Source: Carcharhinus longimanus (lineage: Eukaryota). Taken from it: a stretch of 64,000 bases of DNA. This document shows, in pieces, positions 24,101 through 38,184 of this stretch. Every line of letters starts with the position of its first letter. Position 1 is the stretch's first letter. The stretch spans positions 70,396,930-70,460,929 of the forward strand of contig JASCQW010000190.1 in assembly GCA_030264375.1 (NCBI GenBank), given 5' to 3'. A model generated the notes under the pieces. The model made no database searches, was not told the DNA's origin, and worked only from the letters and a program-made list of their open reading frames with translations. The position numbers were made by a program, and so were the translations under genes.

Positions 24101-27100
24101 TATTTTGTGTTCGGGGTTGTCTATTGAAACTTTTATTCTCCCGCCCTCCCATCCTGCCTGGGAGATAATGCGGATAAGACCCTCAGGTACAGTTCTGTTT
24201 ACATTTCCTTAGCAACTTCATAAAACACCAAACGCTCTCCTCCTGATTGGCAGTGTACTGCTGCTGGAACTTAAGAAAATCGGACAAAAGTGTTGTCTTC
24301 CTTTGTAAAGAGAAAGTCCCATTGCAATTCTGTCCTGTCAAACACCCTATCTAAGATATGTGCTGGCAACCTTAATTCTGAATGTCTGAGTGGTTTCAGT
24401 GCCTGGAAGTGTCTGATCTGAAAACACAGGAGGGTTGGCTTTGGCAATGTAGAAATATTGAGAGCAATGCGTCAGTTTATTCTGAAATTTCTTTAAAACG
24501 GCGCAGTATTGGTGGAGTAAATGGGAAGTTCAGCTAAAGCGCTGCTGGCCTTATATTTCACTAATGTTCTCGGTAAATTCCCATGAAATACTCATTGTTT
24601 GCTAATGCTTTCGGTGAGGTTAGAGAAAGGGCGTGGCGGCTACCACAGTCAGATACATTTGTGCAATGTATGTGTCTGATTAACTAACTGTGGGTGACAT
24701 TGCTGTTTTGCGGGCTAAATCCAGGGAGCGGGTTCCCGATGCAACCATAAACTAACTAATGCCTCTGATTTCTCCGGGTTTAGAAACCTATTTTTTATGA
24801 AAAAAACTCCTTTTGATAGGTCTACTAACCCCTGGACAGTCTCCGAGCTTCCTCACATCGCCTCGAATAACCAGACTGAGTAAATATGAGTTGTCAATGT
24901 AATGTGTTGTCAGAAGGGTGTTTGTTTTAATTAAATCAGTTCCACATCTCTGAGGGCTGAAATGGGTGTTGGACAAAGATTTGCAGCTTGTCCACACTTG
25001 CCTCTTTGAGACTCGGCCCTCTCATTCTGGACCCCGAGAACGTGTGGAATGCGTGTGTGTGGTGATTTCTGCATGTCGTGTGTGTAGTGGAACAGGAATA
25101 TCAATCTTCTCTCCGCGATGTGGTAAGAATGATAGGGCGCTGACAAGCGGATCCCACTGATAGAAAGCAGGACACAGTCCCTTCCTGAAACTCTGGAAGC
25201 TAAAGACACAATTGCACATCGTGGCGGGAGACGAAATATCGCAAATAAAAAGTGATGCACCGACAGGGTAGATCGAACTGATGACATATTGGAGTAGCCT
25301 CGATACAAAACCTGCAAAGATACTCGCGCGACATGTTTTAATCGAAGACGCATTTATGTACTTGTAGCATAGACAAAGTGTCCTCCTGAAATTGTCCAGG
25401 ATGTAAACACATTGCAGGAAATTTTCGGGCATTTATCGCTTATTGGCCCCGTATATTGGCTCAGCCGATTCGGACACACGGGGAGGGTAACCCTCTCCTC
25501 GTCAGTATTGTTTAATTGCAATCGTTTTGTTTCTAATTCAAGCAACCCACTTGCATATAAATCACTAAGCGAAGAGTAAACGTGTAATCGATTTCATAAA
25601 GCTACGAGTGCTGTGGGTACTATTTGAAGTGATACTTAAAAATAAATATATATGGGTGCTTTAGAGTAAACCTGCCCGCGCTCTTCATTTCACACAGGCG
25701 CTGACTGCTGAGAGTGCATGTCGTTCGGGGAGAGGGGTTGTGAATGAAATCATTTGGAAGTGAATAAGGCTTTGTGCGGAGAGGTGTGTCCAGGGGAACT
25801 GCTCCAACAAGCTTTCAGGGACCACCGAGAATGAGAGGTGGCGAATTGGCGCTGCCATGGAAAGTGGGGGAGGGGGGGGGGCGCGGTGGTGGTGGTCGTG
25901 GTGGTAGGGAGTGGGGGGAGATCGCAAGGCGTATGGGATACAGACAGGGGCTAAATGAATGTTAAACGGACACTGACAGGGCTGACATGAATCTTCGAGG
26001 GAGCCGAAAGAGGAGGGTTATCCCCGAGGTTGTTTACAAATAGATAGTACCAGCAGCCTAGGAGAAAAGAACGGTCCTGGAGAAACGGGACTCCAAGTCT
26101 TTTCATAAGTGAGGTGGGCACGATTACACGTGATGGTCTGTAACCCTACCCCCAACAAAAAATGTGATCTGAAACCTTTTCTGAAGCGAATAATCATGAT
26201 TTTTCGAATAGATGACACTCAGCTCCAAGCTTGCATTCTTGTATGAATTCATTACGAATGAATCGCACACAAATGCTTTACATTTCTTTGAGAAAACAAA
26301 CACAGGCACTGCCGAGAAAGGAATTAGACATTATTTGAGTATTAATGTGAAGTTTACTTTGTAGAACCCACGCTCTTGACAGATTTGGCAATCCCCCTCC
26401 CTAAAAAAATACAAATAATGTCGGTGTCCCTGCCCTCGGCAGGGATTGTGACAAGGTTCAGACTGTTGGTGATGCTGTGAGTTGTGACTATTCCTCAGCC
26501 AGCGGGGAGCCAGCCTGTTTCTGGGCAAAATATGGGGGTGTCTTTAAACTTTCACTATCATTGAAGGGAAAGAAGTAAAATCCAACTGCAACTCCCTCCA
26601 GCCCGTACATGACATTTGGAAAGAAACCCCTGGGTGTCACTGAACATTGNNNNNNNNNNACATGAGAGAATATTCTAAACGATTGCTCAGTAACACATTT
26701 CCTTGTATTCTTATATTTAACCATTTTGAGTCTACATCGCCTAGCTGCAGAGTTTATTGAATTTGTTCGGGTTTTGTTTTGATCGCGAAGGGATCACATA
26801 AATAAGCAGGACATTGGATTGAAAAAAATATTGGGGTGATTTCCCGTTTGGCTTTATTCATCTGTGATGGTTTTATGCTTAAGATTTGCCCCATTTTAAC
26901 CTTCCGTACACAAACAGCTTTCTCTCTTTGGATCAGACACCACTCCCGTTTACACGAAAGTGATGGATTTCTCACTCTTTAAGATCTTTTTTAATTGGAG
27001 AAAGATCTCCCCCGCAGGCCGGAAAGTTTCCTAAGGAAGTTCAGTGGAGATGAGGGCAGGGTGCGGTGGGTGTGTGTGTGTGTGTTGGGGGGGGGGGGGT

Positions 27101-27921
27101 GTAATTGGTGGTGGGAGGAACTGATATTGATAAATGTTAGTCATGTTCTGTAAATTCTCAGATTGACCCATGCTGGCTGCTTTCCGTTGCTTCACAGCAA
27201 TATATCTTCAGGTCACTGAATCGACCAAGTCTCCAAAATATTTCCTCAAAGCAGCTCGTTATCAGTCACAATGCCAGCCAGAAACTACACCCGATTTCAC
27301 TTCATTGAGATTGGAGTAGATTATTAATAATCACAATCCTTAATTAAAATAAATCCACGTCATGTGGTAAGAAAATGATTTCTGTTTGGATTAATATTCC
27401 TTCATGGCAGAAGTACATTTTCACCAAAAGTCTTCGAATTGTTTTACCAAAGCTGACTGAATGTATCAGTCCTCAATTGACTACTTACATTGCTCAATCT
27501 AAATACCACGAAACCTAGAGGAATATTGCACCTTCGTACCAGTCACTTCGTTGTAAACTGGACCAGGTGATTTTTTTAAGCCAATTTTATTTGCAACTTT
27601 ATCTTAGACTAGGGAATGAATCGATGCGATTAAAAAAGAGTAGTAGTTAGTCTCTCGACGGAACAGTTAGGGACAGATGTCAAAACGGACACACAGTTTC
27701 TTTCCCGTTGTGTTTTGGCGATAGATGTATGCAATGCTCGTTACTATCAAAGCATCTTAAATACATCTTGTAGCCCTGTCCTAATCTTTATTTAATATTA
27801 TTTCAAAACCCTTCCCCCAGAAACCACATTGGACACCCCCATCCCACCCTCTCTCGTGTATGGGCTCATTGTGACATTGACAGTACGTGTGAGCTGTAGA
27901 CTAAAGTCTCTTTAAAATGTG

Positions 27922-27995
27922 ACACCATTAGCCCAGTAGCATCTGTGCGGCGACATTACCGCGGATGACTAGGGTTCGAATCCTAACTGCGCCCT
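27922..27995 (+). pseudogene. Degenerate tRNA-like sequence or isolated SINE head with Pol III A and B boxes
   Basis: TAGCCCAGTAG (27929) and GGTTCGAATCC (27973) at tRNA spacing; the acceptor stem does not pair. Confidence 0.45.
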
Positions 27996-30900
27996 AGGAG
28001 CACACTCCAACCCAAATACTTATCTCTCCTGGTTTCTCACTCAATCCGGGTTGTTCTGGGCCTGAAAAACAGAACGCGGTTTTATTCATTTGTTTTGTTT
28101 TAAACATCCGACTCTCCAGGAAACGGTCTTTGAAACATCTGGCACCCTGGTTTAAAATCCGAGGGTTATTAATGACTAATGAAGAAAGACACAAATAAAA
28201 CACGTACTTTATTTTAGAGGAGGTGGTCTATGAAAAATAAAAGCCCACTTGAGTCAAGGTTAATGTATGAAACGTACAAGTATGCCCACGTATTCCTGTA
28301 TGAAAGTTCTATTTCAATGCGAAAGGGAGAATGCGTGTGGGATTGACCTATCGTGGTGAATTACAAAATTGACCAGGTTTGAAAAAAAACTTCCCCAACT
28401 GTACTTTCGCAAAAAGAACGATTTGATTTGTCCAGTCACGCAATCAGGAATCATACCTCATTACGGTTAATATATTCAATTATATGTTACCCACGATGTC
28501 AATATATATTAATAGGATAATATGATAATTTTGGCATATATCAGCTGTATTAGTAATTTGCTTTTATTTTTATTTATATAATGTCTCTCGTTTACCGTCC
28601 AAAGTGACTTAGACCGCGTCTTAAATAAAATAAGTCTACACAGTGTTGGGGTTGGAAGTAGCTATAAATCCGCAGGAGGTCGATTCGCAACCGCAAGCAG
28701 CTTAATTTTTTGAGTGTGGACCACTGGGCAGAACTCAGGAAGGACCACGGCCCAAAATATTGAATCTGCCCCCTTTTAACTGGGTGATGGGGTTCACTGT
28801 GCATTTCCACGGGAATCTGATTTATTTCAATAAGCATCGTTGCTTTACTTCAGAACAACACACACATCTCCTCACACAAAGTCTTCCCTGCAAAGTGTTA
28901 GTGTCAATGTTTGCAGCAGATACGCGGAGCGATCTGTTTCTGATACCAGGGCAGGATGAAAGAGGGAACTTGCCAGTCAGTTATTCAGATATTTTTGCAG
29001 AATGATGAGGGAACATTCCTGATAGACAACCTGTCCTCCGTTACTAATACATTTACCGAGTTCATACTTGACATTAGTGAAAGTCAACATGATAGAATCG
29101 TGCTATCATATTAGCTATCTTTGTTGAATACTTCCTGAGCAAGCGTTCGGAGTGACCTAATGTGCCTCAGATCCAATTAGGAATCGTAGAAGTTAAATAT
29201 AAACTTGTCTATCTTAAATAGCTGGAGAGGAGCGATCGCCTTTCGTGGTTGAAGAATAGATTGGAGAGTATCTAAAAGCGTAAACGCATGATGTTCGTAG
29301 CTTTCAAAGTACATTACCTGGTTTTGTTTAAATTAATTTCCAATAAGGAATGTGAAATCCTCTCTTGGACTAAGGGAAGAACAATCTCGTTAGATGCCTT
29401 TTCCAATTCACTTCGAACATGCCACCTCCCCCCTCCCCCGTGTTTTGTAAAACGCAAAACAACCCGCAAAGTTAATAATTTGAGAATCGTACACAATAAA
29501 ACACGCGGCAACATCGAATGTCTAGAGAGAGAAAAAAACGAATAATACAATATTCAGCTCGTGATGTGGTGTCCTGTCAACCAATCCTTCAAGAGAGTCG
29601 AAGAAGAACATTATGTACATTAATGGGTGCCATTCAAAGATTTCAGTTACGTGCTCCTTTACGATTTGTTAAACAATTTAGATGTTACAGATAAGCAGCA
29701 ATACCGCATTATAACATCAATACACTGTATGCCTTATTTCTTGATGTTTAGGTTGAATTAGTAGACCGGTATTTTATTCATTATAGAAATAACAAAAAAA
29801 ACTGGCTTAAAATTCGACATAGTTTAGAAAGGTCTAAAGGAATGTCTGAATTACCCTGTTTGTGCTCTGTCTGCTGTGACTAGGGCTTTCTGCCTCACCT
29901 GCTAACTACAGCACAGTCCAAGTGATGTGCGTCGCACATTTGGGTCAAATCACTGTAGATGAAAGATGCTGAACGCTTGGGATTCTGATATAATGGCAAC
30001 CTAAATTGTTCAACACGATATGTTTCGCATGTAATGATCCACAGAGTAATGCGAAAGACACCAGGTATTGTATATCACTGTCTCAACACTCAACAGTGCT
30101 TCACACGTTGGCTGTCTCCTTCAATTAGGACACAGACAGGTTTGCTTTGGAAATAATCCGTCTATCATTGTCCCATTTTCCCAGCTTTGCGTTTTCCTTT
30201 ATCCAACTGTGTTTTTTTTTCTCTCTCTCCCTAATACGATGAGGAATGATTTTATATTTAGTTAACTCCGGATGATTCACTGCATCACGATAAGAATTAC
30301 AAGGGATCTGCTTCACGTCAGTCCTTTCTGTCATAGCCTCATCCGTTTGCATTGTGCTTCTTAATGAACAGGTAGTACTGAGAGGAACAGGGACGAGCTG
30401 GGCACTATCAAAATGCATTCGAAAAGAACGTTAAAAGACGTCGTTACGTACAGAGCAATTCTTCCCCTCCAGGGAGTCAAAAGGGTTTTTTTAAAGTTAG
30501 TATTTGTAATCCCTCATTATGATATCTCGAGCAGTGAAGGGTATGCAGCGTGCAGCAGTACAGTAAGAAAGGGTAGTCTAAACCTAAAGGATACACTGAA
30601 TCATCGGTAATGACAATGAGAGATCATTGCTTGTTTAACAAGAAGATCTGTCCTACTAATGGCCAGGGGAGGCCAGTATTTCCTTTTTCGTTCAGCAGGA
30701 GTCAGTAAATGGGAATGTTTGGGTTTGTAAGTTCAGGGCAGATGCCAGGATATGAGTGTGTGATTCCGTAAAGTGACTCGAGAGAAACCGGAGTCAGTTG
30801 CAGTAAGAAACACCAAACTCCCGTTCTGTTAATATAAGGAGTAACGCTGCCACACCTCATATAAATGAAAGGGGGGTGGGGCCGAATTATAAGAAACAGA

Positions 30901-32408
30901 ACCACCAGCAACATGTCCATTTTTCTACTTCACTTCAGTTTTTAATTGAAACTAGAGCCATTCATCCAGGCACCAGGTCTAAGCTTGTGCAGATCACATT
31001 TACTCTGGCAATTCCCATTTGTCTCTGTGGAGCGAAGTTACTTTGTCCCTTCATCTGTTAACTAATGGTGTTTGTTTTCGCCAAGTGTCTCCTTGTACTT
31101 TGCTAAGCGAAAGTGGATATCATCGTGTTATCTATCTCGTTTTCTTAACCCATTCAAGCAAAGCAATTAATTTTTCTGGGGTGCTCTTTTTATTCACTGT
31201 CTCACAATTGTTTTATAATGAAAATGAGAAGTATATATTCACAGTAACTTTTCATTTAACCCTTTCACGTGAACATTTATTCTTCACTGTACTGCTGCTG
31301 GTTTGGAGTTTGACAATGAAGTTTACCATCGGCTGAAGGTCCTTTACCAATACTGTTGGCCTGAGTGAGGTTACATTAGGTCAAATGTTTAAATCCTAAT
31401 GCATTTCAATAAAAAACAAACAATGCGGCCTTAACTTAATCTTACTTGAGCTCAACGTGAAATTTATTTGAATAATATTTTGTATACTGTGACAATATCT
31501 GTTGCATTCTGAACAATCCTTGAATTCGTCTTTGAATAATTTCGAAGTTGAAGTTCGATACGTTTTATGTGGTGATGCATACTAAAATTATTCTAGCTGA
31601 AGTTCCCAATTTAAACTCATTGAATGTTGATGATGATGAATATTACTTTCAAACTAACACATGACACCAAAAACTATTTGAATAATGTGTCAGCTTTGAA
31701 CAGGTTTGTTTTGTGAATACTTAGCTCTTAATGAAGTTACAGTGACATAAGTGTATGAAATAATATAATTCTTTTGGAAAAAAATCCTTTGATTTCACTT
31801 TTATAATTTGGCAAATACTCACTAATGTACAGATGACGACTAAATGAATGCAGTACAATAAACAGGCAGCCTTGTATGCAACACTAGTTGGGTCAAGAGC
31901 GAAGTAAGGATACTCTTTTTTAGTGTTTGAGGGCTGCTGTTATATCACAAACCAAATTATGTTATATTAATGCATAGAAATTCCATAACATCCTTTATTC
32001 TATAGCCATGGTTATACGAGTTGAACAAAGGCTATTCTATTTTTTCCCCAATCATGTCACTGAACAAGATGTCACACAGCCAGCTGGCTCAAATTAATCA
32101 TTGATGAGGGAAGACTGATGTGCCCTTGTTGTGCATTTTCTTCCAATAACAACAAAGCCTAATTTTTGTGTAGCATGTCGAAATCTGGGTTTATCTCTGT
32201 TTCATCCTCATTCTGAATCAGAGAAATAAAACTGCAGAGTGCTAGGACTGTATATATTAAGCAGTTTGATATTTGATACTGGCAGTAACCAATATCTACC
32301 CATCTGCAATTTCAATGCAAAAAGGAAAGGGGTTAATGAGAATGATGTGATGCTGATCTGTCATGCTCTTAGGCGCATTGCTGAAAAGGTGCTCTAGTGT
32401 GTGATATC

Positions 32409-32541
32409 CTATCTATCTATCTATCTATCTATCTATAACTATCTGTATCTATACATCTATCTTTATATCTATCTATATACTTGTATCTATATATGTACCT
32501 ATATATCTGTATCTATCTACCTGTCTTTATCTATCTATCTA
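32409..32541. repeat. (TATC)n microsatellite, degenerate
   Basis: ctatctatctat runs. Confidence 0.95.
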
Positions 32542-35464
32542 TTCTCACATAGATACATTTATATTAATTTGCCGATGTAAACAAACTTTGGTTTTGACAT
32601 TCTGACATCCTGTTTTGAAGAGGCACATATACACCAGTACACTATTGCAACACTTCCCAGAATATCACTCTATTCAACGTTCAGCTGCAAAAATGAGCTT
32701 GCTTCCTTCTCATGTTTAGAACTGTTTACTAAGGGAATTTGCAGCTTCCTTTCACTTTGTTTTGTGCCTTCATCCTATGTTGAATCATTTCTCCAGGATT
32801 TTTACTTAATTAATACCCACGACTGCAGATGTCCCAAAATTACTCATTGCATTCTCTTCACTGAATACTGACCAGACCAGATCACCAATAAACAATTCAG
32901 AAGCTTCACAAATTTTACATCAGGAGTATATGTGTGAATAAGATGAATAATAACATTGGTTACGGCAGTCACATACTCACAAGGTAAAGACGTGTTCAAT
33001 ATTCAGAAGGGAATGTACAATGATTCACAAAGAACCAAAGTGCACATGGCAAGCTGATGAGAGTTCGGGTAGATTTAAAATAAACTGGAACAAGCAATAT
33101 ATCAACGTACAATATACAAAGCTCTAGTTCCACATTTAGTCACATTTTTATTGGCTTGGTTTCTGTGTTTGATTCTTTTCGCTCTCTTTCTGCTTGGGAA
33201 GTATCTTTTTTAACATTTATATTGGGTTTGATGTTAGTTCATATTAATAATCCTGTACAAAATCAGAGATTCTGTCATTACCGGGACACATTTACTCCTA
33301 CACTGCCTAGAGACAATACCACAAAATAGATAGAACTGTATCACAATGTCTTGGACATAAATACTTTTAGGGCTACATAAAATCTGTTGATTCTTATCAT
33401 GAGAAATAATATTTAATTAGCAATCACAATCCATTTCAGACAAAAGCACAATGTAGGCAATTAGAAGATAACTTTATAATTACTGGGATAGATTGTCTCA
33501 ATAGGTTAAGGAGATGGTTCACCCAGCTGGCTGACACATTTGAATAGATAGCAATTCTCACAAAACTAATAATAAAGCACAGTTATTTTAATTGTATTTT
33601 AAATATGTCAGGTTTTTAAAATATAAATAAAATTAAAAAGCAGAGTGAAGACATTTTCTATATTCATTAATATTTCATGAAAAATGCCATTTTTGAGTAT
33701 TTCTGTCATTTAAAGAAATCTTTAAAAGATGCTTACCCTTAAAATTAATAATACAAATTTAAAACACTCTCCTCAATTTTTGTCTTTATATGTCTCATTT
33801 CATGAACACAATAGATCATGAAGTACTTGGTGAAATTAGGTTGCAGAGGGAGTTGTGGAGGACAGTACCTGGACACAATCAAGAGTGGCAATCTTGGTCA
33901 ATTGCTCCTGTTTTGCAGTCTTCCTTAATCCATGCATGTTGGCCCTAATTGCTGAGCCCACTGTCAACTGGCTACTTTAGCTAAGCCTACTAAGTGTGCT
34001 GATCAAATTTAGGATCTTCTTGATCTGTATAGTGCACTATATGTTGCATTTATACACTGAAGTTTTGGGACTCCCAAATATATAGATTAATCTTCTATTC
34101 AGATATAAAAATAACAAGAGTTACAAAAGGACCAAAATGTTCAGAGTGTTTCTTATATGAGTAACTATGATGTTCAAGATGATCAAAGGAATTTATAAGG
34201 CTGCATTTTCTGGTCTTATACAACTGGACACAATTATTTTCTTGAAATGTTGCATCAACGAACCTGTCAGTGTTGGATAGATTTATACATTTTCTTTAGC
34301 TATTTTCCAGGACATCATTAACATAGATCAAATAATTATTTACATTGCTCCACTTTTTTTGCACCTTTGGTCCATTTTAACATGAATTAGTTCATATAGT
34401 TTGATTTGTTCTAATGCAATAAATGATTTGAATATAGAAGCACATGTCAACGTCTGTGTTCCCCATTTTGTCATTGTAAGCAATCTAATCACTTTCCAGT
34501 TTTTAGTTATTGGTTAACTTTAATTGTGTGTAGGACTCCAGCATGTTACAATTATCAATGCCGCATACTAAATAGCTTTTCTCCCACTTATATGGTTTTG
34601 AATGTATTCACACAATCTGTCCTAAATGCTTCCTTTGCCTGTCACTTTAAGAAAATGAATGTTTGCGTGGTGCAGGCGGCTTGTTCATATGCAGTTCAGT
34701 GATTGAAAATTGTATCAGAAAAAATGATTTTAGCTTTATTTACATCTGAATAATCCTATATAACATTATCAAAAAAGATGTTAAATGACCTTAGAGATAA
34801 TTATGTGTTTAATTTATAAAAGTAAATGATAAGGAGTCACAACATACCTTGATCACAAAAAAAGCAATGAAATACTTTCCTTTGAAGCTTTAGAGTGTGC
34901 TCATGATACATCTGGTTGCCCTGGTGAATCTTCTCAATGCTAAATATATAGAAGATGGAAATATGCAACATCAGTAGGTTATTACTTGCCATGGAACAGA
35001 ATATTTGTAAATGTGATCCCAGGATGTAAAACAAAGAAAATGTGCCAAATTAATTACATGGGTTAAGCTATCAAATTTTCAAAAAAATGGCCAGATATTG
35101 TTGTAACAGAGCATCTAATCAGTTAGACCTGTGTGTGCACATTTAGATTTTAATACTTTTCGCAGCACAACCTGTGAAGTACAAGATAATAACAGGGCAT
35201 CTGGGACCTAGGTGAACAGGGAAAATTACTTCTCTCTAACCAATCAGATTAAAATGTTGGGGAATTAAAAGTGAAAGGATTTGAGAGATTTGCGTGAGTT
35301 TGAGTCAGTGGATTCAGGTACATAAAGAGAAATAAAGAGAGGGAAAGAAAGATTAAATTAAGCGAGATAGAATGAAAGGGAGAAAAAGGGAAATAAAGAC
35401 CATTTAACATTTGTTTTAAATTGACAGTTGTAAGATGTCCAACAACACTTAAAACTTAACTTAA

Positions 35465-37262
35465 GGAGTAACATAGTAACATTAGTGCAGATAAAGGATT
35501 GGCTAAGAAACACAGTAGGTTTAAATGGATTATTTTCATGTTTGCAAGATGTAACAAATATCATGCCACTGGGATTGGTGTTGGGGCCTCAACTATTTAC
35601 AATTTATAACAATGGCTTCGATGACCAAATGTATGGTTGCTGAATTTGATGATGACTCAAAGGTAGGTAGGACAGTAAATTGTAAAGAGAACATAAGGAA
35701 TCTGAGAAGGCATATAGATAGGTTAAGTGAGCAGGAAAATATTTAGCAGCTTGAGTAAAATGTGGGAGAACGTGAACATGCCTATTTTGGCAGGAAGAAT
35801 AAGAAAGCGGTGTATTATTTAAGTGAAGAGAGATTGGAAATACAGAGGAACCTGAGTGTCTTGGTGCATGAATCAAAAAAGCTTACTATGCAGGTACAGC
35901 AAGTGATTAGGAAGGCAAATGTAATGAAGGAAATTGAATATAAAAGTAGGGAAACTTTGCTACAGTTGTACAGGACATTGGTGAGACAACATCTAGAATA
36001 CTGTGTGCAGTTTTGATCTTTTTATTTAAGAAAGAATATAATTGAATTAGAGCCAGTGTCGGAGATCCTTGGGTACCAGCAACCTTCGGCCCACTTAGTC
36101 AATTCTTAATATAAACAGCGTTGGACACCATGCAGCTGATGCAAGGTCTTTAATTACTTGTGCACAAGGAGAATTCCCCTCCCTCCACCAAAATGGCGGG
36201 AGTGGATCTGATGTTGTAGAGAAACAACTCATCAATTATAGTCAATTACAGCAAACCAGGAAAAAACATTTTGTTCACATCCTTCATTGAGATACATATT
36301 TGCTAATTAAATCCTGGCTGCTTTTTGTCATTTCTCATTTGATGAAACAATGATTTCTACCAATCCTTCATTTGCACAGCATATCCCCATATTTTACCTT
36401 TGGTATTTGTTATGGAAAAATCCAGTCTTGCTCATCCTCTGTTGAAAGTCAAAAAGCAGAATGTTATGTGATCTAGTCTTAAGCAGACAGACTGTCTTGA
36501 AGGTCTGCAACTGATAACATTCTCACAAGCTGTTACATAGAAGGCATGATTTTTTAAAAATCTAAGCATTTTAACATTCACACCTTCACTCTTTTCGTCC
36601 TCTAAGGATAACCACCTGGGTCCTCCATGACTTCTACATTAATATGCATCAGCTTTCTAAATTCTTCCTTGGTTTGTTCGTTAACTGGAAGGACTGGAAG
36701 GAGATGTTGGTTGGGCTGTGGACTAAAGAACGAAGGCTGTAGATATAACAGTAAGTAGTTCAGAGAAGATTCACCCATGGATTCTTGGGATGAAAGGGCA
36801 ATCTTATAGGCAAAAGCTGGATACCTTGGGCCTGTATCCATTGGAATTTAGAAGAATGAGAGGTAATAATCCTATTGAAACACTTAAATTCCTGTGTGAA
36901 GCAGACAGCGTGCATGCTGAAAGGATTATTTCCTTGTTGGAAAGACTAGAACTAGGGGATAGTTTTAAAATACGGGGTCTCCGGATTAAGATGGAAATGA
37001 GAATTTTTTTCTCTCAGAGGGTCATGAGTCTGTGGAATTCTCTTTTCAAGAAAACAGTGGAGACATTTTTGAATATTTTAAAAATATTTTAAAATTGAAT
37101 ATTTTTAAGGCAACGTTAGATAGATTCTTGACTAAACAGGGATTCAGAAGGTAGAGGGCAGGCAGCAAAGTGAGGGTGAGGCCACAATCAGATCAGCCAT
37201 GATCTTACCAGATGGCAGAACAGATTCCGGGGGCTGAGTAGCTCTTATTTCTAATTCCTATT
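35465..37262 (+). mobile_element. CR1 LINE, 5'-truncated and decayed, containing an LTR insertion
   Basis: EYKSRETLLQLYRTLVRQHLEYCVQF and LGLYPLEFRRMRG; tail agatcagccatgatctt. Confidence 0.92.
36057..36750 (-). mobile_element. LTR retroelement (ERV-like) remnant: 3' internal fragment, polypurine tract and 526 bp LTR
   Basis: Interrupts the CR1 mid-motif; TG...CA segment 36057-36582; minus-strand AGGACGAAAAGAGTGAAGG immediately before TGTGA. Confidence 0.6.
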
Positions 37263-38184
37263 GTTGAAAGACCCCACATTTGTAATAATTAATTTTCAGT
37301 GCCAGAGAGGTTGATTGGCAGTAATTAGCAATTATTACAATGTTAATGGAGCAGTTTCATTTGTAATCACAAGCACTAATCGTCAGTAGTGAATTTAGTT
37401 TGTGTCTGCTGCACAAAAAGAGAAATTTCACATCATTCATTGCATTTTAATAGTGGACCATTTTTAAGAAGTTGATGACTATTTCGACAGCAACATTTGG
37501 ATTCTTTTTTACATGCCTGCATGCCCCATACTTGTTGCTGAAAGAGCTTTGCACAGATAACAGTAAGCTTCCTGTGGTACCAGCCCCCATTCAATTTGCC
37601 TCAGTATTATTTGATAGCAAAAACTGGCTCAATACCAATATTGTATCAACACATTCATACTACATTTTTAATGTTTTGATAACTAGGTACATTACAACAT
37701 TAGTGAAATATGTGTATCTGAGGTCAATTTCCATTAATGAGCTCCATTTTGTTATGCCTGGGAAGAATTAAAACAGCATATTCTTGTTGATTTTATCATT
37801 TCTTTTTGTGCCTTTNNNNNNNNNNNNNNNNNNNNNNNNNNNNNNNNNNNNNNNNNNNNNNNNNNNNNNNNNNNNNNNNNNNNNNNNNNNNNNNNNNNNN
37901 NNNNNNNNNNNNNNNCTAAGGATGCGGTCCTGTGCAAAAGCGTTCATATTCTTGTGTACATGCATGAAAATGTACATTTTTATGATAAGAATACCATGTA
38001 ACCAATAGAGCAGCTACCTGAGCGTGGGACACAAGCACTGGAATCAACATGGGCTGCATTTTGCTATTCTTTAAATTTATTGAGAAAATAGGTGTGCATA
38101 AATGATGATACACACTACTGGCATGGAGAACAAATCGACCATTGGTCTGTATTTAACAAAGCTCTGAAATCCCTTAATACAGCT

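Larger units (their letters stand above)
35088..37575. mobile_element. Old non-autonomous interspersed repeat, split by a CR1 insertion
   Basis: Shares aaccaatcagatt and ttttcag...ccagagaggttg motifs, in order, with 52400-53010. Confidence 0.5.

Noticed and set aside
27922-27995. Functional tRNA gene
   Set aside because: Acceptor stem unpaired, anticodon loop irregular and T-stem imperfect. The other B-boxes in the window belong to SINE heads.
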